Below the pieces are notes generated by a model. That model worked only from the letters and a program-made list of their open reading frames with translations, did no database searches and was not told where the DNA came from. A stretch of 64,000 bases of DNA from Anthoceros angustus (lineage: Eukaryota; Plantae; Anthocerotophyta): contig VJWM01000025.1 of assembly GCA_010909165.1 (NCBI GenBank), positions 930,001 through 994,000 of the forward strand, given 5' to 3'. This document shows positions 1-10,294 of this stretch, in pieces; position 1 is the first letter of the stretch, and every line of letters begins with the position of its first letter. The position numbers and the translations under genes are program-made.

Positions 1-2250
1 TCCAACCCGTTGAGCTGCATGTCTGCAAAGCACTGCATTGCCATTTGGCCATCGTTACTTTGGCCATACCCATTCATCAAAGTGGTCCATGTCACTACGT
101 TTTTTGTAGGCAGCCTTTCAAACAGTCTTCGAGCATCCTCCAATCTCCCACATTTTGCATAAAAGTCCACCAGACTGCTGCCAAGACCCACGTCGGTTTC
201 AAGAGCTCGTTCATGAATCTGAGAATGAAGCTGCCTGCCCTGATGTAAGGCTCCAACACTGGCACATGCTTTCAGGAGGCACAGATAGGTGATATTGGCA
301 GGTGTGACGCCTTCCTGCTGCATATGCTCAAAAACTGTAAGAGCTTCTTGAACAAGCCCATGCTGAATGTATCCTGTTATCATGGCAGTCCAGGTAACCA
401 CATTTTTCTTTTCTAAACTATTGAATACTCTCCGCGCCATGTCTAAGCTACCACATTTTGCATACATGTCTACCAAACTGCTACCAACAACAATATTGGC
501 TTCAAGTCCTTTTTCCTGCACCTGAGAATGAAGCTTCTTGCCCTCGCTCAATGCTCCAGCGCTGGCACATGCATTCAAGAGACACGCAAATGTAACCTCG
601 TTTGCTGGAGTGATGCCATCCTGCTCCATGTCTGTGTACAATCTAAGAGCTTCTAGACTGAGCCCATGCTGAGCATATCCTGCAATCATGGACGTCCATG
701 TCACCACATTCTTGGCTGGCAATCTGTCAAACAGCCTCTGAGCATCCTCTAAGCTGCCGCATTTAGCATACATGTCTACCAGACAGTTGCCAATGATGAG
801 ATCCCCATCCAGCCCTCGTTTTTGGATTTGGGAATGAAGCTCCCTCCCCTGACGTAAAGCTCCCGCGCTTGCGCACGAACTGAGCAGGGCGACAAATGTA
901 CCATGGCTAGCTGTGCTGATTCCCTCCTGTTGCATACTTGCATAAACCGTCAGGGCTTCTTCACCGAGACCCTGTTGGGCATATCCTGCAATCATCGCAT
1001 TCCACGTCACCACATCTTTTGAGGGCAATCTATCGAACACCCTCGCAGCATCGTATATGCTGCCACATTTACAATACATGTCCACTAGGCTGCTGCCAAG
1101 CACGACATCAGCTTCAAGTTGTCTTTGCTGAAGCTGAGCATGGAGCTGCTTTCCATGAAGTAATGCTCCCACGGCGGCACATGCTTTGAAGAGACTCAAG
1201 AACGTGACACGGTCAGGCGGAGTGAGGCCATTCTGTTGCATGGCTCCGTAGAGAATAAGAGCTTCTTCACCAAACCCATGCTGAGCATATCCTGAGAGCA
1301 TAGCATTCCAGGTTACCACATCTCTCGTCTGTAAACTGTCAAACACTCTCCGAGCATCCTCCAAACTGCCACACTTTGCAAACATGTCGACGAGGCAGTT
1401 CCCAACAAAGAGGTTGACCCCGTCACTGTGCAGCACGTCAGCATGCACCTCCTTCCCAGCTGACAAGTCCGCTTCAATTGCACAAGCTTTAAGGACTGCC
1501 ACAAATATGTGACTGTTTGGTTGTATAGTCGACTGACGCATCTGTCTATACAGCTCTATGGCCTGCATAGGCTGCCCATTTTCAGCATGTGCCGAGATTA
1601 TGGACGTCCACATAAAGCAGTCTGGTTCAACCACTCTGCTAAAAACCTGTCTTGCTTCCTGTAACCTCCCGTGAGAAGAGTACATGCGGATCATGTGGTT
1701 AGCCAAAAACGTGCTCGACTCATGCCCACCGGTAACGGTGACATAATTAAGACGCCTAGCAACATCAAAATCTTTCTCTGCAATACCCTCCTTGAGAGCA
1801 CCATACAACAGAGCCTTGGGAACATAGCATCCTTGCTGTACCAGGAGTTCCAGCTTATCAACAGCCTCAGTAAGTCCTCTCTCCACAAACAGGTCGCTGC
1901 AAGGTCCCACAAGCAACCCTCCTCCATAGCCTTCACGAGGAATCCTAAACACGACAGAGTGCTGTCAATACAACCAAGTTCTGTGAAGCAAGACCCACAA
2001 CTGCACATTCTGCGAACAGCTGGGTCTGGGGGAAAAGAAGCAATTTAAACCTCTGAGAGTCCTCGGGAGATGCCTCGACCCTGTTCCTCCATTGCGAACG
2101 ATTGGCCAGAACCTTTTCCCGCAGGCCCCACTCACCGTGACTAGAAGCAGATTCCTGTTGCAGCGCCGGAATTGACAGGTGCCGGAATGTGCTTTGAATC
2201 ACGCTCCTCACTACCAAGTGGCGGCAGGAAGCGCAACCGCCCGTCTTCAT
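1..2250 (-). CDS. PLS-class PPR protein, partial (runs off the left edge within the P2 motif); probably a third DYW:KP paralogue
   Basis: Minus frame in a consistent phase from ~1960 to 1 encodes 18 L/S/P motifs (e.g. TFLANHMIRMY, LVDMYAKCG, VVTWTTLMNGYGQ). It is absent from the ORF track, presumably because no stop occurs before the edge. An in-frame TGA lies at ~1965, so the proposed model is exon 2250-2051, GT-AG intron 2050-1945, exon 1944-<1. The C-terminal domain is not visible. Confidence 0.88.
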
Positions 2251-2719
2251 TCAAACAGAAACAGTGCTGATCGCGGCCAAGCTTGGCGGGGACATAACAG
2301 GCATTGCTTCCGCACGATGCTGCTCTTTAACGGGTAGCGGATGATGATGATGCCGCTCAAGCACGAGCGTGGTCAAGTGCTGCACCGATGAACAAGGGTG
2401 GTGGGTTCGGAGGATTGATTCAAAGCAAGCTCCGTTCTTGGAGTACCTGGGAGACAAAGGGCAGCAACTGGCTATCACCGTTGCCGAGTACAGCACAGCA
2501 ACGTCAGTCTGCAGGTAGCCTGAGTGAGTGACTGCCTGCACACCATGAAGTTGTTCCCGATGTTGATTTCCGCATCTGAAAATTCTTATGTTCAGCTGAT
2601 TTGCAGCGGAGCTAGCACAGAAGGCCTCCTGGGGACGGTTTCTAGCCCATCCTTCTCAATGGTGGGACGAGGGGCCGAACCAGGTAGATGCCGATGCCCT
2701 CCCATCATCTGCTGAAAGG

Positions 2720-5700
2720 ATGAAGCACATCTGCGCTGTTGGACTGAAATGTGCAAAGTTGCAGATAAAGCAGGACAGGAAAGGAGCACTTGGGCCCTCG
2801 TGGGACGACCCACAACAACAACAGGGGTGGGTTGAGGAGAACAGAGAGGAGAACCAGCTGCTAGAAGTGGTTGATGCGTTGGATTTGCTAGTGGAGGAAG
2901 GATGCCATGTTCCCTCGTCTCTCTACTATTTTGCAATCAAGGGTTGCACTGAGCAGAAAGCTCTGAATGTAGGCATCCATGTCCATTCCCTGGCTGTTGA
3001 AAGTGGATACGAGTGGGACGCATTTTTGGCTAACCACATCATCCGCATGTATGCTTCCCATGGGAGGATGCAAGAAGCATTGCAGGTGTTCGCCAGGTCT
3101 GCTGCACCAGATTTTTGCATGTGGGCGTCCATGATATGGGCACATGCTCAACGTAAAGAGCATATGCAGGCTGTCCAACTGTACCGGCAGATGCAAGAGT
3201 CCGGTCTGAAGCCAGATAATTATATCCATGTGGCAGTCCTGAAGGCGTGTGCCACTGCAGCGGACTTGATGTCTGGCAAGCAAGTTCATGCCGGAGTTTT
3301 GGAAAGCGGGAAGAAGCCTGACATGTTTGTTGGCAGCAGCCTAGTAGACATGTACGCAAAGTGTGGGAGCTTGGAGGATGCACGCAGAGTGTTTGACAGT
3401 TTGCAGGCAAAAAGTGTTGTGACATGGAATGCCATGTTTTCAGGATATGCTCAGCACGGCCTTGGTCGTGAGGCACTCTCCCTCTACACAGACATGCAGC
3501 AGGAGGGCACTATAGCCAACCATGTCACGTTTGTGACCCTTTTGAAAGCATGTGCCAATATTGGAGCTCTGCATGCTGGGAAGGAGCTTCATTTTGAGAT
3601 TCGTGAAAGAGGTTTGGGATCAAACTTGGCTCTTGGCAACAGCCTGGTGGATATGTACGCAAAGTGTGGCAACCTAGGAGATGCCCGGAGAGTATTTGAT
3701 GAGTTGCCGGCCAAAGATGTTGTGACCTGGACTGCTATGATAGCAGGCTATGTTCAGCATGGACTTGGTGAGGAAGCCCTCTCTCTTTACTCGGTAATGC
3801 AGCAAGGGGGCATCATTCCAGCCAATCCTGTCACATTTGTGTGCCTTTTGAAGGCATGTGCTAGCGTTGGTGCTTTGCATCAAGGTAAGCAGCTTCATTC
3901 TCAGGTTCAAGAAAGGGGACTTGAAATGGATCTGATTATTGGGAACTGCCTGGTGGACATGTATGTCAAATGTGGCGACCTAGAGGATGCTCGCAAAGTG
4001 TTTGACAGCATGCCCGCGAAAGATGTTGTGACGTGGACCACAATGATTGCTGGATATGCCAATCAGGGGCTTGGTCATGAGTCCCTTACCCTCCACGCGA
4101 GTATGCAACAGGAGGGCATCACTCCCGCAAACAGCGTAACCTTTGTGTGTCTCCTGAAAGCATGTGCCAGTATAGGGGCTTTACTTGAAGGCAGGGGGCT
4201 ACATTCTCAACTCCAGGAAATGGGTGTGAAGGTTGATACGATTGTTGGCAGCAGTCTGGTGGACATGTATGCAAAATGTGGGAGCTTGGAGGACGCGCAC
4301 AGAGTGTTTGATGGATTGCCAAAAAGAGACGTTGCGACATGGAATGCTGTGCTTGCAGCATACTGTCAGCGTGGGCTGGGGCGGGACGTGCTTTCTCTGC
4401 ATAGAACAATGCAACAGGAGGGCATTAAAGCCAGTCATGTGACATTCGTCTGCCTCCTAAAAGCATGTGCCAGCATTGGAGCTTTGGCTGAGGGCAAAGA
4501 GCTTCATTCTGAGATTAAGGAACGGGGGCTGGAAGCAGATGTGGCTGTTGGGAACTGCCTGGTGGACATGTATGCAAAATGTGGGAGCTTAGAAGATGCT
4601 CGCAGAGTGTTTGATCGATTGCCGACAAGAGATGTTGTGACATGGAATGCCATGATCACCGGGTACGCCCAGCATGGACTCGGTGAAGCAGCGCTTTCTC
4701 TGTATGCCAGCATGCAACAGCTGGGCATAACCTCTGCAGATCCTGTTACTTTTGTGTGTCTGCTAAAAGCATGTGCTGCTGTGGGTGCTCTACATCAGGG
4801 CAAGCAGCTGCATTCCTGCATTCGGGAAATGGGATTGGAAGCTGATGTAGTTCTGGGCAATGGCCTGGTGGACATGTATGCCAAACTTGGCAGCCTGGAG
4901 GATGCTCGGGGAGTGTTTGACAGACTGCTGGCAAGAGATATTGTGACATGGAATGCGCTGCTGAATGGCTACGCACTACATAATGAGGCCCAGATGGCAA
5001 TACATCTTTTCCAAGAAATGCAGTGGCACGAAGTGGAGCCTGACGCTGCTACTTTCATCTGTCTTCTCTCGGCATGCAGCCACGGAGGCCTGGTTAAGGA
5101 GGGTCAGCAGTACTTCAAACAGATGGTAGAGGAGTATGGCATCATGCCCACTGCCCACCATTATACCTGCATGGCCGATATCCTTGGGAGGTCAGGTCTG
5201 TTAGATGAGGCAGAGAGGTTGTTGCAAACCATGCCGTTTGAGACTGACATGGTCGGTTGGACCTCGTTGTTGAGTAACTGCAGAAGCCACGGTGAGACTG
5301 AACGTGGAGAGAGATGTTTCAATCGACTTATCAAATTGCAGCCTCAAAATGCCACTCCATATGTGCTCCTGGGAAACTTGTATGCAAATGCGGGTAGATG
5401 GAGAGACGTGAGCAGGATTGAGAACATGAGAAACCAGGCAGGTGCTTACAAAAAACCTGCGAGAGCGTGGATCGAGGTTGACAACAAGGTTCAGTCGTTC
5501 GTTGTGGGGCAAGAAAGGAGTGACATTTCTGGCAAGCTCAGGAGTGTGAATGAGCGGCTCATGGAAGAGGGAGGCCATGTCCCGCACACGGAGTTGGTGC
5601 TGAAGCCAGTGGCTGAAGCAGAGAAGGTGGATGCGTTATGTGGACATGCTGAAAAGCTGGCTTTGGCGTATGGTCTCCTTAACACTCCGGCTGGCACGAC

Positions 5701-5854
5701 TTTGCTGGTCACTAAGAACCTTCGCATGTGCAATGACTGTCACAGTGGCACCAAAATCCTGTCAAGGATCGAGAAGCGAGAGATTATAGTCAGGGATGCA
5801 CATCGTGTTCACCATTTTGTGGATGGCTTTTGCTCATGCGGGGATCTGCATTGA
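2720..5854 (+). CDS. PLS-PPR-E1E2-DYW:KP protein (23 PPR motifs, terminal DLH); candidate U-to-C organellar RNA editing factor
   Basis: 1044 aa ORF of PLS triplets, P2L2S2, E1 and E2, then KKPARAWIE...CGHAEKLA...NLRMCNDCH...CSCGDLH. The KP box, HAE motif and DRH-like end match the DYW:KP clade. Confidence 0.95.
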   Translation: MKHICAVGLKCAKLQIKQDRKGALGPSWDDPQQQQGWVEENREENQLLEVVDALDLLVEEGCHVPSSLYYFAIKGCTEQKALNVGIHVHSLAVESGYEWDAFLANHIIRMYASHGRMQEALQVFARSAAPDFCMWASMIWAHAQRKEHMQAVQLYRQMQESGLKPDNYIHVAVLKACATAADLMSGKQVHAGVLESGKKPDMFVGSSLVDMYAKCGSLEDARRVFDSLQAKSVVTWNAMFSGYAQHGLGREALSLYTDMQQEGTIANHVTFVTLLKACANIGALHAGKELHFEIRERGLGSNLALGNSLVDMYAKCGNLGDARRVFDELPAKDVVTWTAMIAGYVQHGLGEEALSLYSVMQQGGIIPANPVTFVCLLKACASVGALHQGKQLHSQVQERGLEMDLIIGNCLVDMYVKCGDLEDARKVFDSMPAKDVVTWTTMIAGYANQGLGHESLTLHASMQQEGITPANSVTFVCLLKACASIGALLEGRGLHSQLQEMGVKVDTIVGSSLVDMYAKCGSLEDAHRVFDGLPKRDVATWNAVLAAYCQRGLGRDVLSLHRTMQQEGIKASHVTFVCLLKACASIGALAEGKELHSEIKERGLEADVAVGNCLVDMYAKCGSLEDARRVFDRLPTRDVVTWNAMITGYAQHGLGEAALSLYASMQQLGITSADPVTFVCLLKACAAVGALHQGKQLHSCIREMGLEADVVLGNGLVDMYAKLGSLEDARGVFDRLLARDIVTWNALLNGYALHNEAQMAIHLFQEMQWHEVEPDAATFICLLSACSHGGLVKEGQQYFKQMVEEYGIMPTAHHYTCMADILGRSGLLDEAERLLQTMPFETDMVGWTSLLSNCRSHGETERGERCFNRLIKLQPQNATPYVLLGNLYANAGRWRDVSRIENMRNQAGAYKKPARAWIEVDNKVQSFVVGQERSDISGKLRSVNERLMEEGGHVPHTELVLKPVAEAEKVDALCGHAEKLALAYGLLNTPAGTTLLVTKNLRMCNDCHSGTKILSRIEKREIIVRDAHRVHHFVDGFCSCGDLH

Positions 5855-6387
5855 ACAAGAAGGTGATCCCATTTCTTGACCGTCCCCACCGCTGGGATTC
5901 TAAAGCACTCAGGTATCTGCCCTCGGCAAAAAAGTAAGCTTCAGCCAGCCATAGCCATGGCTGGAGCCATGTCCTGACGGCAACAATTTACTGTCATGGG
6001 AGCATTTCATTATAACAGTCACGGTGTGTTCGGCCACATCAGTTTTATGTATGTGAAGACTGGTGGATCTTCGATGATTGGACACATATCACCCAGTCTG
6101 AACACTACAACAAGGAGGCACAGCCGACCTGACAAATCATGAGGCACAACCAGCCTGTCAGCAGGTTTTCCACTATCTGCCACACAGTCGGGTTACACTG
6201 GAGACGTTTCAGTGATCGGTACCTCCAGAAATCGTAGGCAGCCCTTCTCAACAAAAAGATTCGGTTGCAGAGAGTTTGCAAATGCACTCACCTCAGTCTA
6301 GGAGGAGGAGGGGGCAGGAAAGCCACCCTGGCGATGCTTGCTTCTATACTTTACAAAACCACAGAGTCTACAGTTTTGGAATAATTG

Positions 6388-9300
6388 TTAGTGCCGGTCG
6401 CCACAAGAACAAAAGCCATTCACAAAACGGTGGACACAATGTGCATCCCTGACTATGATTTCACGCTTCTCTATCCTTGACATGACCTTGGTCCCACTAT
6501 GACAATCTGTGCACATGCGGAGATTCTTCGTAACTAGCAAAGGAGAGCCGTTGGGTGTGTTCAGCAAACCATATGCCAACGCCAGTTTCTCAGCATGCCC
6601 ACATAAGGCATCCTCCTTCTCCTCCTCAGGGAGAGGCTTCAGCACCAACTCTGTGTGCGGCACATGGCTGCCATCCTTCTCCAATCGCAAGTTCACGCTT
6701 TTAAGCTTGGAGGAGATGTCATCCCTCTTTTCTCCTACCGTAAATGGGTGAACCTTACCGTTGAGCTCGATCCAAGCCCTTGCAGGCTTCCTGTAAGCGC
6801 CTGCTGCCTTTCTCAAGCCTTCCAGATGTTCAACGTCGCCCCATCTCCCTGTTTTGGCATATATGTTCCCCAAAAGCACATATGGGGTGGCGTTGTGAGG
6901 TTCCAGTTGAGTGAGATGGCCAAAACATCGCCTTCCACGCTCTGCATCACCATAGGTTCTGCAGGCACTCAGCAAAGATGTCCAACCCACTACAGCATCC
7001 TGCAAAGGCATTGTTTGTATCATATTCTCTGCTTCGTCCAGATTGCCTGATCGAGCAAGAACATCAACCATACAACAGCGATGGTGCTCATTAGGTTTGA
7101 TGCCGTGATCGTCCACCATCAGTTTGAGGTACTGCTGGGCGGCTCCTACCAAACCAGCACGACTGCAAGCTGTGAGAAGACAGAGGAAAGTAGTAGCATC
7201 AGGCTCAACTCTATGCTGCTGCATTTCTTGAAAACATCCAAAAACCATTTCATTATTATTGCATTGGGCATAGCCATTCAGCAGAGCATTCCATGTCACC
7301 ACATCTTTGACGGGCAATCTTTCAAATACTCTCCGTGCATCCTCTATGCTCCCACATTTTGAATACATGTCGACAAGGCTGCTTCCGATAATTACATCAG
7401 ATTCCAGGCCTCTGTCCTTAATCTCGGAGTGAAGATCCTTGCCCTGTTGACACGCTCCAACACTAGCACATGCTTTCAGAAGGCCTACAAGAGTATCCTG
7501 ATCAGCTTGAGTCATGGCCTCCTGTTGCATCCTAGCATAAAGAAAAAGTGCCTCATGACCGAGTCCATGCTTAGCGTATCCTCCAATTAATGTATTCCAT
7601 GTCACCACATTTCGTGTCGGCAATCTGTCAAAAACCCTGCGAGCATCATCTAAACTCCCACATTCTGCATACATGAGAACAAGGCTGCCACCAATATCAA
7701 CATCTGCTTCCAGTTGACATTGTTTAACATGGGAGTGCAGCTCCTTGCCCTCAGATAACGCTCTTATGCTGGCACATGCCCTCAGTAAGGACACAAACGT
7801 GTAGTGATTGGGGGGAGTGAGACCCTCCTGCCACATTCTTCTGTACAGAGTCAGGGCTTCTTGTACAAGTCCATGCTGGATGTACCCAGCAATTATCGTG
7901 GTCCATGTCACAACATCTTTGGTTTGCAACTCATCAAATACTCTGCGAGCATCCTCTAAGCTCCCGCACTTCGCATACATGTCAACCAGGCTGCTGCCAA
8001 GGATTGCATCAGCTGCTAGTCCCCTGCCTTCAATTAGCAAGTGGAGGTCCTTGCCCTCCTTTAAAGCTCCAATAGCCGAGCATGCTCTCAAGAGGCACGC
8101 AAAAGTAAAGTGATCCTCTGAACCAGGATGGTCGAGTTGCATATCTGCATAAAGCGCCAGGGCTTCTTGTCCAAGCCCATGCTGAGCATACCCTGTAATC
8201 ATGGCATTCCATGTGACCACATTCTTTGAGGGTAGCCTGTCAAACACTTTGCGAGCATCCTCCAAGCTGCCACATTTGGCATACATGTCTACCAGGCTGC
8301 TGCCAACAACAACATCAGCTCCAAGCCTCTTTTTCTGGATCTGAGAATGAAGCTGCCTCCCTTGATGTAAATCTCCCACGCTTGCACATGCTTTGAGAAG
8401 ACAGAGAAACGTTACTTGGTCAGCTGCTGTTTGACCCTCCCGTTCCATACTTGTATACAGCGTGAGTGCTTCTTGCCCAAGCCCATGCTGAGCGTATCCT
8501 CCAATCATGGCATTCCAAGTTACCACGTTCTTAAGGGGCAGTCTGTCAAACAATCTGCGAGCATCATCCAAGCTCCCACATTTCGCATACATGTCCACCA
8601 GGCTGCTGCCCATGACTACATCAGTGTCAAGTCCTCTAGCCTGAATCTGAGCAAGGAGCTCCTTGCCCCTCTGTAAATTCCCCATGCTAGCACATGCTTT
8701 CAAAAGGCATACGAATGTGACATTATTAGCTGGAGTGGTAGAGGTTCGTTCCATAATTGAATAAAGACTAAGAGCGTCTTGATAAAGCCCGTGCTGAGAA
8801 TATCCTGCAATCATTGCAGTCCATGAGACTACATCTTTAGACCCTAGATTATCAAATACACGGCGCGCATCCTCCAAGCTCCCACACTTTGCATACATGT
8901 CCACCAGGCAGTTACCAACAAATGTACTTACTGAAGTCTCACTCTCCAGGATATCAGTGTGGACCTGCTTCCCATGCACCAGATCCCCAGCAACGGAACA
9001 TGCTTTCAGCACTGCTGCAAATATGTAGTTGTCCAATTTCACCGTCGTTTGTCGCATCTGTTGATATAATTCTAGAGCCTGCAGGGGCTGCCCATGTTCT
9101 ACATGTGCTAAAATAATGGACGCCCGCATGTAGGAATCTGGTGCCGGAAGCCTGGTATACACCTGCAATGCTTCCCTCAACCTCCCAACCGCTGCATACA
9201 TACGGATGATGTGGTTGGCCAGAAACGTGTTGAACTCATGCCCACTTTCAAGAGCCAACGCATGCACAAGTCTGCCAAGAAGCAAGTCTTTTTTTGCAGT

Positions 9301-9745
9301 ACACCCCTTGAGAACATGGTAGAGGACAGAGGCAGGAACCGGAGCTCTTTGCCTCACCAGGCGACCCAATTCTCTGCAAGTTTGAGGAGACTGTCAGAAC
9401 TAGACGAGAAACGCAGTTTGATATCACGATAAAGGCAGCAACATGCCAAAGCTGCCCATCATCAAAATACACTGATAAACATTTAGACCTCTCAGAGTCT
9501 TCAAGACTAGCCCTATTGTCGACTCCAGGCTGGTAAAGTCCTTGAAACGCAGCAGCAGTTGGCTGTGCACTGGGTCCAGAAGATCTGAGTATGTCTGTAC
9601 TAGTTCCATGGTAAAATGCTTTCTCATTGGCCATGCCAAACGGCACCAGCACCCGCAACCTCTCACAGACAAGCTCTGAAGCGCCTCCCACCACTGTAAG
9701 CCAACAAGACATGAGAATAGAACGGAGTGGCTGCTGATCCTGCAT
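6388..9745 (-). CDS. PLS-PPR-E1E2-DYW:KP protein (23 PPR motifs, terminal DRH); candidate U-to-C editing factor
   Basis: Large exon 9373-6388 encodes PLS repeats and RKPARAWIE...CGHAEKLA...CTDCH...CSCGDRH. The ORF-track start at 9369 is TTG, so an upstream exon is inferred (donor 9488, acceptor 9374). The ATG is uncertain (9745, 9712 or 9634). Confidence 0.93.
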
Positions 9746-10294
9746 ATTAGCTGAAGCAAGAACATACTCGGACGTTTTCGCAGCTGAGATTCCTCCCTCA
9801 ACCGAGACAGCGCGTGATGTCGGCACCATCCGGGCGATCGCCTGTAGGCATCGTGCTTGGCTGAAAGGAATCTGAGCGCAACCAGGTCACTGGCTCTCTT
9901 CATGGTGCTACAACGACCTTCCCCATCGCCTTGCCACGAGGGTGCAATGGTTGGAGCCTTCCATGGGCCGATGTACTGGAAGGTTGCATTTCTTTTTTCT
10001 TTGCGCTCCAAGGAAATGTTGTCTCGATGCGCTGGATGCGGGCCGAATTCTCGCCAATGGCTGAGACCGGAAACCTGGATTTGAGGCTATGTCACGTTGG
10101 ACACGGCCACAAGGCTTTCATGAAGCAAGGAGACCTATAAGCAGGATGTGTGCCACGGAAATTCGAGGCAGAAGCAGGCACACAGCTTCACAGTACGCTG
10201 ATGTTGGCGGGCAAAACTCAAGGGGTCGATTCTCGTTCCTACATTAAAGTACAAACTCATTACAACGTCCAAAATTTGTCAGGAGAAGCCTCGT

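Noticed and set aside
45-9432. Many short ORFs antisense or out of frame within the PPR genes
   Set aside because: They are shadows of repetitive PPR codons and have no independent protein features.
9424-10011. 195 aa minus-strand ORF as a separate gene
   Set aside because: It overlaps the inferred 5' exon/UTR of the DRH-type PPR gene and has no recognisable domain.
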